Shown: one piece after another, positions 50,505 to 63,089 of the stretch
How the letters are laid out: the number at the start of each line of letters is the position of its first letter
How positions within the stretch are numbered: position 1 is the stretch's first letter
Assembly (NCBI GenBank): GCA_951406725.2
Contig: OX597822.1
Span: 42,470,001 to 42,534,000, forward strand
Direction of reading: 5' to 3'
Length of the DNA: 64,000 nt
Origin: Octopus vulgaris
Lineage: Eukaryota
Position numbers and translations under genes: made by a program
Notes under the pieces: model-generated
What the model was told of the DNA's origin: nothing
What the model saw: the letters and a program-made list of their open reading frames with translations, nothing else
Databases searched by the model: none

Positions 50505-50505
<1 letters not shown>
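48768..50505 (-). mobile_element. Young truncated Penelope-like element: GIY-YIG C-terminal fragment between 516-bp inverted pLTRs
   Basis: Arms 48768-49283 and 49840-50355 differ at about 5 positions; minus-strand centre reads FSYVGASSSRLTSRISNHYATFR...LSKLIWRLK...WSIL...KCNLCVSE. Confidence 0.88.
50211..50294 (+). ncRNA. Hammerhead ribozyme motif with extended stem II (copy at 48828-48910 on minus)
   Basis: TTC-CTGAAGA-GAAAGACACAAT...ATTGTGCCTTTC-GAAA-CACGTG-TA-GAA. Confidence 0.72.
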
Positions 50506-50555
<50 letters not shown>

Positions 50556-50557
50556 AT

Positions 50558-50612
<55 letters not shown>

Positions 50613-50762
50613 TATGTGTGCGTGTATATTTAGGGATAAACCACTAGGTTGATAACCAATATGCTAGAAGAAGATCTAACTACATCTAACTACAAGTAAA
50701 GAATATTAATTAAATTAATATTCAATTTATCTCCCTCATTATTTAAATTATATATATATAGG

Positions 50763-51187
50763 CTTAGGAGTGGCTGTGTGGTAAGTAGCTTGCTTACAAA
50801 CCACATGGTTCCGGGTTCAGTCTCACAGCGTGGTACCTTGGGCAAGTGTCTTCTACTATAGCCTCGGGCCGACAAAAGCCTTGTGAGTGGATTTGGTAGA
50901 CAGAAACTGAAAGAAGCCCATCGTATATATGTATATATATATATATATATGTGTATGTGCGTGTTTGTGTGTCTGTGTTTGTCCTCCCAACATCGCTTGA
51001 CAACCGATGCTGGTGTGTTTATGTCCCTGTAACTTAGCGGTTCGGCAAAAAAGAGACCGATAAAATAAGTACTAGGCTTCCAAAGAATAAGTCCTGGGGT
51101 CGATTTGATCGACTAAAGGCGGTGCTCCAGCATGGCCACAGTCACATGACTGAAACAAGTAAAAGAGTAAAAGAGAGAGTAAAGAGT
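50763..51187 (+). mobile_element. SINE family A
   Basis: Same head, body and tail as the other family-A copies. Confidence 0.88.
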
Positions 51188-51214
51188 ATATATATATATA
51201 TATATATATATAGT

Positions 51215-51420
51215 ATGTGACCTCGTGAAGACCACCTGCAATTTTTTTTCCTGTCCTCCCGTCTCGGAATCTTTCTTTCTCCTATGTTTCCGACGAAGAG
51301 CTCCGCTCAAAGCATCATACCCTCCTTCTTCCTTTCTTTCCTGAGCGTCCAATAATACTTTATTTGTTCCACATCCTTGCGTTGTTGTCTTTTTGTTTTC
51401 TTGTTTGGATTAACTTTATA
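51215..51420 (+). mobile_element. Short (TA)n-flanked PLE-derived repeat (paralog of 19775-19990)
   Basis: TTTCCGACGAAGAGCTCCGCTC...CTGAGCGTC...GTTTGGATTAACT. Confidence 0.6.
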
Positions 51421-51445
51421 TATATATACATATACATATATACAC

Positions 51446-51495
<50 letters not shown>

Positions 51496-52264
51496 TGTGT
51501 GTGTGTGCATTTGCCACAGCAAGTTATAAATGTGTAAGTCATGTTTGTCTATTTTTATGACTCCATAATAACTTCTGGCATGTTATATTCCAGTTTGCTT
51601 TGACTTCTTCCACAGGGTTGTAACTTGAATAACCTGGAATGTATTGTCGGTATGCTTTGAAAGTATTTGTAATCTAATACCTCCAAACTGGATATATTTT
51701 GTCATGTCCACTTGATCTATTTTTTTTTTATTTAATTATATCTACACTTGTTTGTTATGGTTGAAGAACTTATTTATTTTATCTTCATAATTGTCTCTCA
51801 CCTTGTATTTTATCTTTTGTTTTATTATTAGTTTTGTTGAGCATGACTTCCAGGTATATCTGTATAAGTTTTTCAGGTGCTCTTGAGTGCATTGGGCAGC
51901 ATGTTGACACCACTGGCTTCTTTTGGTTGGAGTTTTCTCTACATCTACCCATGCAGTACTGGCCTTTCTCATGTTAGTTGTGAATATTCTGTGTCATGTA
52001 GCGTTTGACTTACTGCTCTTCCTTTCCCTCTCGTAGTGTCCATTTGAATACTGTTTTAGAACAGCATTGTTCTGGTGACTGAAATATGACCTGCTACTTT
52101 CAATCTTCATTCCATGATGATTTTAAGTGAGTTTTGTGTTGGCCCTCTTCAGAACATGTTCATTGGTTAAGTGGTTTCGCCAGCACATTCTCCGAATCCA
52201 TCTCAAGCATCTTTGATGGAAAACATCTAGCTTGTAACAAAATTCTAAATTAATAGTATACCTT

Positions 52265-52302
<38 letters not shown>

Positions 52303-52599
52303 TGCATGTCAGTAGAAAATGTACATATTATTGAGCAGAGTGATAAAGTGGTGCTTTCAAACAAAAATATCTTGAAGCATATATTCTGTCTGAGTTGTTT
52401 AGACTTCCCATTCACAATCTTACCATCATAAATACAGGTAAATGAGAAACTTATACTCAATGGTACCATTTTCATTCACAAAGTGCAGGATGTAAAGTAA
52501 GTTATAAATCAAGGTTTACTCAATCTAAGAAGCTGAAAGATTTATTAATCCTTTTACTGTTAAAATCAGATATATTCACTCAAAATTCCATTACTTTCA

Positions 52600-52970
52600 A
52601 CTGTAGAAAGCAGTTTTATATGCCAGTCTATATTTTGTTGAAGACTGTCATGTTTGAAAGTATTTCTTCTTACATGTGTGAGTCACTAATGTAAGTTGGA
52701 AGGAATGTCTCCTATATGTATTGTGTTCAAGTTTGTTTCTCCACTGATAGAGATGTCTGACGGAGGACTTCATGCTTTATAGATAAATATGTAGCATCTT
52801 GCCGTATGTCTGTAGTTAGATCTCTCAAATGAACTGCCAAGGAAGAAGGAGTGGTGCTTGACAAAATGTATAGCTGTTGCTGCTCCAATCTAATGCTGTT
52901 GGTTGCAATATATGCCTCCATTTACACGAACCAAACTCTTGCATCACCAGTGAATGCTGGTAAGGAAGAG
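52600..52970 (-). mobile_element. Gypsy-like gag fragment (degenerate)
   Basis: LPAFTGDARVWFV*MEAY...LRDL...YLSIKHEVLRQTSLS resembles the Gypsy Gag LPxFW..WF..E pattern. Confidence 0.5.
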
Positions 52971-55099
52971 TGATTCATACCGGCCAAGAAATGTAGAACA
53001 TACGAACTAATAAAATGTGGTGAGCACAGTTCTCAAAGAAAAGAAATCACTAATATGGCAATAAAAAGATATATTAGTTCTCAGTGTGTTTTGTTTTATT
53101 TTCCTTTCAAATAATCATAAAACAAATCCAAGACAAAGCAAGATCAAATTTTACACCAATGGTGGCAAGCAGGAAAAAAATTAAGCTGAAGAGAGGTGAA
53201 ACATGTGTATTGGGCACCGGTCGTACATGCATAAGGCACCACGGGTTTATGTGTGAAGAAGAAGATTGGCTGCCATATTGAAACAAAATGCATCCATGTG
53301 GTTTAGAAGAAAATAAATGAAGTCATTATGTGAAGAATACCACCAGTGGTTCCTCTTTGAAATAAAAACAATAGACAGCTTTGATATGACAGCCTGCACA
53401 ATTTTAGTTTACCTTTGCTCAGCATTGTTCTACAAAAATCTTATTATATACACTGAGGATTATATGAAGCAGAGTGGAAGCTGATATTAATCAAATGAGT
53501 TGATTAATCAAATGAGGTGGTGGACAAAGAAAATGTGACATGTCGAAGAAAGCGATGTTGCTTCTATGTCATCAAATCACAACAGGCTTGAAACTGCTGC
53601 TTCTCTGCTGTAGTGAGTTGTGTTGCTAAGGCAGATCACTGCCGTTTTACACATACGCCTCCAGCTCTGGCTGGCTGGAATCTGCCACAGTACAACTAAA
53701 CTATGCCACAGTGATCTAATAACTCTTTTTTTGACTCACTACAATGTGACTGAAATCTCAAAGCTACAAGATAAAGTATAACTAGTTCATATCAATGTGA
53801 ATAAACAAACATTACATTTGACAGAAGTTTGAATGTTAACCTTTAATATCACGTCTGTTATGCAAAGTAGAGTGTTCATACTAACAAAAATTGGGAAAAT
53901 ATGTCTGAAGACATTACAGTGCGGCAGTAACCCAGCTATAGTGAAAAGAAAGATATTGAAAAGTTTTGCTATAAGAAAATTGAATAAAAAATGGGTAAGG
54001 GACTTTCTTAAGTGGAACCAACTGAGGCTTCAGTTGACATCAGTGTTGATAAGTAAGGTTAGTGAGGGGTTGAAGACAAAGAAATCATCTGATAAGCAGA
54101 AATAGCTGCTGGGATTATTGAAAACATCAGGCAATATAGGTCACATGTCAGTTACTGAATCTGGTAAAGTAAAAAGGTGCTATCTCTTATGACAGTTGTA
54201 ATCTCTTATAATAATATACTAATAGTTATTGAAGTGAGAAGTAAGTTCATAGACAGAAGAAAGATGAAAAATACCAGTTCGTAGTCAATAGTACACAGTA
54301 GTTGAAATACTGTATCAAGAACTAGTGGCCATAATGCTGACCCAGTTACAGGTACATATTGTATGTGAAGTCTTGGCTGTAATACTGCTGCCTGGGTCAC
54401 TTGTACAGGAGTTCGCTGTTGATCCATGGTGAGATAATTCACAAACGGTGAAGTGTTGGAACTTGTGTGAATTGCTTGCTGAGCTGTGTATGTAGAGAGA
54501 TGTTGACAATGTTAAGAAGGACATGATGGCGGCGACAAAGATGGAGGTTGCCGTAATGCTATTGGACGAAGTTGGTGAGTCTCAAAAAAAAAAGAAAAAA
54601 AAGAAGAAAAAAACAAAAACGAAAAACACAAAATGTTGCAAAAGTAAATAAGAAATTTGTAGGCAAATTTAACAAAGTGTACGGATTGAAGTGAAATTTA
54701 TGAAGTTACTTCTGTCAGTAAATTATGTATGAAATAACTTTCATCAGTAACTGTGAACTTCTTTCAGTCAGTAATTTATTGTTGTTGTTTGTAAATAGCG
54801 ATTGAAAACAATAGCGATTAAACTTAAAGTGAAAGCAATAGAGAATGAGATATAGAGAGAGCTATCTAGTTAGACAAATAAGATAGATATAGATAGACAA
54901 AATAGAGACATATAGATACAGAGAGATAGATAAATATTGAGGATGATGATAGAGATAGAGAGATATACAGAGATAGAGATAGACAGAGAGAGATGGATAA
55001 AGAGATATAGACAGAGAGATATACATATCACTGACACTAGGAAACCAGAAGTAAATATGTGAATCTAATATAAAAGCAATATTTTTTTCTTTTTAATAA

Positions 55100-55916
55100 C
55101 CTATGGATATAAGGAAAACAATCAATTCTGAAAGTTACTTCGCAAAGAGTTACCTCCCTTCTCTCCCTAACCCAGGAATGGGTGTTTTTTGCCCCTAGGG
55201 GGCTTATTACTCATTATGGGAAAAATTTAAAGAGTCTAAAACCATCCCTGAACATAAGTAATGTGTGTTCCCAGTTTGGAGGAAATCAGTTGAAAAATAC
55301 GGCTGTTATAATCTTTTACACACACACAGACAGAATGGGATTTATATTATAGATGAGCAAAACGCCCCCATCCAATGGATGGTGCTGAGTTGTCAAACAT
55401 TTAAACTAAATTTTCTCAAACCAACTTGTCCAACTGTCCCATAGGCCTCCCCTTTGAGAAACACTGATTTAACCTAAATTTGAGACACCAGCAAAAGAAG
55501 AAATAAAGATGGACTTTTTTTCTATTCCAAAGAAAAACGATTTTATTCACACAAATATGCAACCGAAGAGTTGAAAGTACCAGTAATGATAAGGCTGTTG
55601 ACTGGGAGAACACAAACATGGTTTAAACAGTAAGCTTGGCAGGAAAGAAACGTGCCTTTAAGCAGTACAAAAACAACAAAAACTGGAAGGTGCAGTTATG
55701 TACAGGTTGACAGAAGATAAGCAGGACAAAAACAGCTTTATCGATCACATTCTCACCTGGAATCGATCTTTGAAATTTTTTCAAGACTTATACACCCCCT
55801 GATACTGTCGTTATCTACATATCAAAGTTGAGCACAATCGGATGGAGGATACCTGAGATCCTAGAAGACATATACACAGACAGACAGACAGACAGAATGG
55901 ATTTTATATTATAGAT
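55100..55916 (-). mobile_element. Two Helitron/HINE(DINE-1)-like non-autonomous 5' ends
   Basis: Minus strand ATCTATAATATAAA-TCC(C)ATTCTGTCTGT + microsatellite + CC/CTGATT...AACT, starting at about 55354 and 55916. Confidence 0.45.
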
Positions 55917-56266
55917 TATACATATTTTGTATAATGTGGCTAATTCATATTTTAGATTTTATTTAAAATCTCAAAGGAAATTTTATTCATAGATACAAAG
56001 TGGGGCATGGAAAACAGGACAAATTCCTAGAGGAGGCATGGTTGTAAAAAGGTGAAGAACCACTGTACAAGAGTATGCCTATCTTTATTTTCAGTCTGTA
56101 ACTTTCAAATATAATAAAATATTGGAAAGAGGAGCATTTGATCTGTGTGAAAGGCAGAGGTCTGTTTGAAAAGTGAAAGTGTGACAGAATCATATGGGAA
56201 GAGAGAAAGGACGATGAATGATATGCGGAAGGTAAAAGTGAACTAAGTGGCTGTGAGTGGATGTGT

Positions 56267-56328
<62 letters not shown>

Positions 56329-56550
56329 TTCTTGAAAATTGACAAAAATTCTTGGAAACAATAAACTGAAGTATCAAAGAGAGAAAGAGAGAAGTGGGAG
56401 TTTTAGTTTTATAAAATGATCAAAAATAAGAACAAAATATATTAATCACATTGAAGCAGAAATCCCCAGAATATCTTTTGGTTTACTTAAACCTTCAATA
56501 AACTCTGTGAAATATATCATCTTCAGTTATATATGTAAAGAATGACAGTT

Positions 56551-56886
56551 GAGGGTAATGACCCCCTTCGGTCATAAATGACCGTGGGATTGCACCTAGA
56601 AAGTTACCCTCCGAGACACAAGTCCATGCAAGGTTTTTTATGGAAGACCAGCAGTCGCTCATGCATACCTCTCCTTTCCATGCAACTGATGTTCTGCAAA
56701 GAAAAGGCAAAGGTCGATACAGCTTAGCACCAGTGATGTTGCAACTCATTTCTACAGATGGGTGAACTGGAACAGTGTGAAATGAAGTGTCTTGCTCAAG
56801 GACACAACACACAGTCCAGTCTAAGAATCGATCTCACTACCTCATGATTGTAATCTTGATGCTCTAACCACTGAGCCATTTGCCTT
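56551..56886 (-). mobile_element. tRNA-derived SINE
   Basis: Homologous to 4531-4845. Confidence 0.75.
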
Positions 56887-57257
56887 CACATAAAGAATGA
56901 CACAAATACAAGGCTGTAACATCTTTATTTATGATAAAAGTGCACGATAGGTCAGTGTACTGTGATCCATCTTTCAATATAGCTCAAATATTGATTTACA
57001 TTACTTAAGTAAAGTAAATAAGAGGCAATTCAAAATATACAGGAGAGAAACACTTCTCTTATGGCATGGATAAAATATAATAAAATTGATGAAGCTGCCA
57101 GGTGTTATCTATTCTGATATTCCCTGACATTATATCTTTAACTAAAGAACAACAATATGGAAACAAAATAAAATATTAAAATAATTCTTAGAATGTATGC
57201 AATATATCCAAAAGAAGCAGATATTGCACTTCAGATGATGATGATGATAATGATGAA

Positions 57258-57925
57258 GGCAGTGAACTGGGAGAATTGTTAGCATATTGGACAAAATTCT
57301 TTTGTCTGTCTTTATGTTCTGAGTTCAAATCCTGCAGAGGTTGACTTAGCCTTTCATTCTTTTAGAGTTAATAAGATAAGCACCAGCTGAACACTGGGAT
57401 TGATGTAATTGACTAGGCTCCTCCCACAAAATTTCAGGTCTTGTACCTATGATAAAAAGGATTGTTGTTGTTGTTGTTGTTGTTGCTGCTGCTGCTGTCG
57501 TCGTCGTCGTTGTTGTTGTTGTTGTTGTTGTTGAGAGGCTGGTGAGCTGGCAGAATCATAAGCACACTGGGCAAAGTGCTTACAGTATTTCGTCTACCAC
57601 TAAATTCTGCCAAGGTCGACTCTGCCTTTTATCCTTTTAGGGTCGATAAATTAAGGACTAGTGGAACACTGGGGGTGATGTAACTGGCTATTCCCTTCCC
57701 CCAAAATTTCAGGCCTTGTACCCATAGTAGAAAAGATTATTATTATTAAGGCAGCAAACAGGTAGAGTCATTAGCAATCTGGGAAAAATACCTAGTGGTA
57801 TTTCATCCATCTGTATGCTCTAGTTCAAATGCCACTGAGGTTGACTTTGCCTTTCATCCTGGGCTTGATGTAATCAATTTACCCTCACCTCAAACTTACT
57901 GGTCTTGTGCCAAAATTTGAAACAA
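57258..57925 (+). mobile_element. Three tandem family-B SINEs separated by trinucleotide tails
   Basis: Repeated GAGGTTGACTTTGCCTTTCATCC-type cores near 57340, 57615 and 57840, separated by (GTT)n and (ATT)n. Confidence 0.75.
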
Positions 57926-57954
57926 AATATTATTATTATTATTCATATACACTC

Positions 57955-58362
57955 AACAGATTAGACTGTTGGAAAAGAAAAGAATCCTAACATCAGGCTA
58001 CAACAAGTAGCCTTGGATGCCAAGAGCCTTCCTAAGTATCCTAGCTGTCCCTGATAACACTGTTTCCTGCAGCTGTACGAAACTGGGTTTTATGCCTATT
58101 CCTCTGTCCATCTCTTCAGATCTTTAGGGATAGTTCCCAATGTACTTATAACTACTGGAATATATTTTATCCACACTTTCCATAGTCTCTGTAATTCAAT
58201 AGCTAGGTCCTGGTACTTTGCCATTCTTTTCTATACTTCTCATATTAATTTTTTCATCATTCGGGACCATAAAGTCAATTATCTGGCACTTTCTATTCTC
58301 TTTATCTACTACTACTACTACTACTACTACTACTGCTGCTACTGCTACTGCTGCTGCTGCTG

Positions 58363-58413
<51 letters not shown>

Positions 58414-59488
58414 AATCAGGCCTTCTAGCTGTACGTGATAACACATATGTGATAACACATGTACATGATAACATTCTGTCAGTCTGAATTTTGAATTCCC
58501 ACTTCTTATATTTCTTACTTTCTAGTACTTTACTAGGTTCTTGTTCATACCATTTATCAGTATGTTCAAATCCTAGCTTTCTACATAGCTATCGCTGGAT
58601 TGCACTGACTAGAGTGTCATGTTTTTCTTGTATTCTTTCTGTGCCAGCATGTTACATTCACTTACTTCTTTTGATTTGCATAATCTACACTGGGAATCTA
58701 GTTGGTTTTTGTCTATTTTGGCTTGTATCCAATTAGTCCTTAATACTTGATCCTATGCAGCTACTAACAAACTTTCTGTCCACCTCTTCAGCTTTCCTTT
58801 CTGCAGCCATAACCATGTTCCATCACTACTATTTGTTGAAACTATCTCTGGGAATCTACCATGCAATGCCTTCTCTTCTCAGTGAGATAATTTGTTCTTT
58901 TTTTTTGGTTTTTAAGTTCATTTGGTGTTTTGCTTTCTATATGTCTTGCTGTGACTAGCAGCTTTTAATAAACTTTCTTCACTATTACCTACATAGGAGT
59001 CTATATCTACTTTAGCTAACTCCATGCAGTCTTTTACTGATATTAATCCTCTTCCACCTTCTTTTCTAGGTAGATATAATCTTGCTACTACTGCCCTTGG
59101 CTGGAGTCCTCCATTCTTCTGTCTAGCTTTGCTAATTCAGTTTTTATCCAATCTACAAAAGCCACTGAATATCTAAGTAAAGATACAGCCCAAGTATTTA
59201 CAGCCTTCACTAAATTCGGACCATTCAGCTTTGACTTTATTAGCTTCCTCACCCTTCTAATGTACCTCTCAAGTTTTGTTTTCATTTCTGTAATTAGTAC
59301 TCTGTCAGATTCTAAAACTCCTAGATGTTTATAACTCACTCCTTCTTTTGTTGATTTTAATGTCTGGCCATTTGGTAATTGGATGCCTTCGCCGTTGACT
59401 ACTTGGCCACCTCTCATGACTAGTATTGCACACTTATGTATGCCAAATTCCATACCTATATCTTTGCTGAAGTGTCTTACAGTCTGTA
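57955..59488 (-). mobile_element. Dong/R4-clade non-LTR retrotransposon, 5'-truncated (end of RT + RLE)
   Basis: MEFGIHKC...YKHLGVLE...SKLNGPNLVKAVNTWAVSLLRYS and RRPDL...DK..CQIIDF.VP.D (PD-D/ExK); (TAA)n on both flanks. Confidence 0.85.
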
Positions 59489-59696
59489 TTATTATTATTG
59501 TTGTTATAAAGGTGGTGACCTGGGAGAATCATTAGCATGCTGAACAAAATGGTTAGCAGCAATTCTTCTGATTTTATTTATTCAAATTCCACTTTGTCTT
59601 TCATCCTTTTAGGATTGATAAAATAAGTACCAGTTCACTCAAAATTTCAAGCCTTCTGCCTAGAGTAGAAAGGATTATTATTTTTATTACTATTGA

Positions 59697-60237
59697 GTGA
59701 GAGAGCAATGCATCTCATCAAAGTGACATTGGGGGTCAAATATATGAAGCCTAATATACCCTTCATGACTACTTGTTTGATAAGGATTCATCAGGCACAT
59801 GCATTACAACCATGTTTGTGCAACGTGTTGATCTCATCAAGATAAGCAGCTGATGACCTGGAGGTGGGGCCCAGTTAGAATTTTCTTCAGGTCAAATAGC
59901 CCATCCTGCTCAAAAGTCCCTGAATAAAGTTTGTTTAAGGATGATGAATGAAACACCCATGTTGAATTATTCAAACTCCAAAAGATTCTTCTCAACACAT
60001 GGCTTTGATGCTCCCCTGCTACTCCTGCATGTGATCAGAGATGCATATATTGTCAGCCACTAAGGGACATACTCAACAGGCTAAGGTCAAACAACTGACA
60101 AGCAAATCTGTGGTATTGAGCAGAATATTTGCTGTAGCCCATATTTTATACCAAGACAAAACATGTATATGATAACACTTACAATCAGTTAAGATCAGAA
60201 GCCATGAGAACCACTGCCTGGTACTGCATCAGGGCAT
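59697..60237. mobile_element. Unclassified (TAA)n-flanked interspersed repeat
   Basis: About 540-bp GC-richer block with sharp (TAA/TTA)n borders and no ORF. Confidence 0.4.
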
Positions 60238-60264
60238 TAATTATTATAATTATTATTATTGTTA

Positions 60265-60476
60265 AGGCGAGAAGCTGACAGACTCACTAGCATGCCCGTT
60301 GAAATGCTTAGCAGTATTTCATTTGCTGCTATGTTCTAACTTCAAATTCCACCGAGGTCAACTTTGCCTTTCATCCTTTCGAGGTTGATTAAATAAATAC
60401 TAGTTATACACTGGGGTTGATGTAATCAACTTAATCTCTTACCCCAAATTTAAGGCCTTGTGCTTCCAGTAGAAAG
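60265..60476 (+). mobile_element. SINE family B
   Basis: TTCAAATTCCACCGAGGTCAACTTTGCCTTTCATCC core. Confidence 0.75.
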
Positions 60477-60489
60477 AATTATTATTATT

Positions 60490-61433
60490 GTCACTAGAAT
60501 AAGAATAGCCTGGGCAAAGTTCAAAGAGCTCCTACCTCTCCTGGGAGCAAAGGGCCTCTCGCTCAGACTGAAAGGTAGATTGTACAATGCATGTGTGCGA
60601 ACTGCCATGCTTCGCGGCAGTGAAATATGGGCCGTGACTGCTGAAGACATGCATAGGCTCAAAAGAAATGAAGTTAGCATGATCTGCTGGATAAGTAATG
60701 TCAGTGTGCACACACAACTAAGTGTAAGCGCCCTGAGAGAAATGTTGGACATAAGAAGCATTGGATGTGGTGTGCAAGAGAGACGACTGTGCTGGTATGG
60801 TCATGTACTACAGATGGATGAGGAGAGCTGTGAGAAGAAGTGTCACTCCCAAACAGTGGAAGGAACCCGTGGTAGAGGGAGACCCAGGAAGACATGGGAT
60901 GAGGTGGTGAAGCATGACCTTTGAACATTGGGCCTCACAGAGGCAATGATGAAAGATCGAGACCTCTGGAGATATGCTGTGACTGAAAAGATCTGGTAAG
61001 TAAAGTGGGATCACAACCATAGCCTACACCAGTGGTGCATAACCAGCTCATTTAAAAAGTACCTTTGGATCATCAGGCAATATGTCGTGCTTGAGAAGAC
61101 CTATTGAATCATGTACATCAAAATCAAAATCAAATCAAACCACAATCAAATGGAAATTGTAGTTGTGGCTGATGCCAGTGTCGCCTGATTGGCTCCCATG
61201 CTGGTGGCATGCAATAAGCACCATTCATGCGTGGGTCGTTGCCAGTGTCGCCTGACAGGCTCCCCATGCTGGTGGCACATAAAAAGTACCATCCGCCAGC
61301 CCCCTCGCTCTGACTGGCTCCTGTGCCGGTAGCATATAAAAAGCACCATCCAAATGTGGTCAATGCCAGTGCCCTCACCTTGACTGGCTCCTGTGCAAGT
61401 GGCATATAAAAAGCACCATCCAAATGTGGTCAA
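60490..61433 (+). mobile_element. RTE LINE 3' fragment (ORF2 C-terminus + repeat-containing 3' UTR)
   Basis: RIRIAWAKFKELLPLL...KGRLYNACVRTAML.GSE.W...RRLCWYGHV...RGRGRPRKTWDEVV; ~60-bp tandem repeats at 61170-61430. Confidence 0.88.
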
Positions 61434-61545
61434 TACCTTTTGGGTTGATAAAATAAGTACCAGTTGAGCACTGGGGTTGATATAATCAACTTCACCACTC
61501 CCCCCAAAATTGCTGGCCTTGTGCCAAAATTTTAAACCATTATTA

Positions 61546-61597
<52 letters not shown>

Positions 61598-61721
61598 TTA
61601 TTATTATTATTATATCAATTTTAATCCCGTAACTTCGTCAGAGCAGAAAAGTAAATAAAATTAAAAGAAAAAATAGGAGAAAGTGGGAACAGCGATAATC
61701 AATTCATGCTATATGTTAACC

Positions 61722-62066
61722 GTGGAGGCGCAATGGTCCAGTGGTTAAGACGCAGGATCGCGGTTTCGATTACTAGACCGGGCGTTGTGAGTGTTTATTG
61801 AGCAAAAACATCTAAAGTTCCACGAGGCTCCGGCAGTGGGTGATGGCGAACCCTGTTGTACTCTTTCACCACAAGTTTCTCTCACTTTTTCTTCCTGTTT
61901 CTGTTGTACCTGTACTTCAAAGGTTCAGCCTTGTCACACTCTGTGTCACGCTGAATCTCCCCGAGAACTACGTTAAGCGTACACGTGTCTGTGGAGTGCT
62001 CAACCCCATGCACGTTAATTTCACGGATCAACTGGAACCCTCGTCGTTGTAACCGACGGAGTGCCG
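61722..62066 (+). mobile_element. tRNA-derived SINE (further family)
   Basis: GGAGGCGCAATGGTCCAGTGGTTAAG A-box and GGTTTCGATT B-box. Confidence 0.7.
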
Positions 62067-62643
62067 CATGTTGATCCATTTGGGAGACTTTCGACCGACT
62101 AGAATTTAGAAATAGAATTGAGATAATTTAATATTTAGTGATATATTCCAATTTACGGGGAGAAGGTGTTGGTTAAATATATAACTATTTGAGCAATTTG
62201 ATTAGATCAAAAATAAAATAAAATAAAAAGTAAGAAATATGATTAAAAATACCGGTAGTTATAGAACTAAATAATAAACAGCTGACTATAATTAATTATT
62301 TATTGATTTCGTATGTATTTTACTCATTATTATAAGTAGGCAGTATACCTGAAATAACCCCGGGTCAGGAATAAGAGTGGTCTGGACAGTAAGAGAATAC
62401 TATTTCAAAAACAAAAGGCTGGCCATTAAGAAACTGTTAATCGCTGGAGCAAAATAACAAATAATGGATATTATGTGTTAAGGGCCTCATATCGCTTATA
62501 TTAGCGCATATAATGGAATGGGACAGTAATGAGTATTTGTGGTTGAGGGGAGGCAATTATTGATTTATGAAGTGATTTAAATTTCGTTTTTAGATTTGGT
62601 TTGCAAGATTCTTTATGTGAGTTCGTGTGTTGAAGCATATTCT

Positions 62644-62884
62644 GTTGTGTCTGGGGAGAGTGATTTTCTTTTTGTGCCTTATAATTTAACACACTCACCA
62701 ATAAAATTTTCGTTGCGTCTTGCAACCTTTTCAATAGTCTTTTCAATAGTCAAAACTATTGAAAAGGTTGCAAGACGCAACGAAAATTTTAGGAAAATAA
62801 AAATAAGAAATAAGTGGAAATTTTACCGGTGAATGTGTTAAATTATAAGGCACAAAAAGAAAATGACTCTCCCCAGGCACAACA
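62644..62884. repeat. Nested foldback inverted repeat
   Basis: Outer arms GTTGTGTCTGGGGAGAGT...CACC / GGTG...ACTCTCCCCAGGCACAAC; inner perfect arms AAAATTTTCGTTGCGTCTTGCAACCTTTTCAATAGT / reverse complement. Confidence 0.85.
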
Positions 62885-63024
62885 CAAGTAATTTAAATGC
62901 TTACGGATGTATTTCTCTAGCGGTTATAAGCGTATAGCCACTGTTCAATTCAACATGCATCGATGTGCGGGCTATATCTAATCTATAATATTACACACCC
63001 CAATAAACTATGTTATAATGTATA

Positions 63025-63086
<62 letters not shown>

Positions 63087-63089
<3 letters not shown>

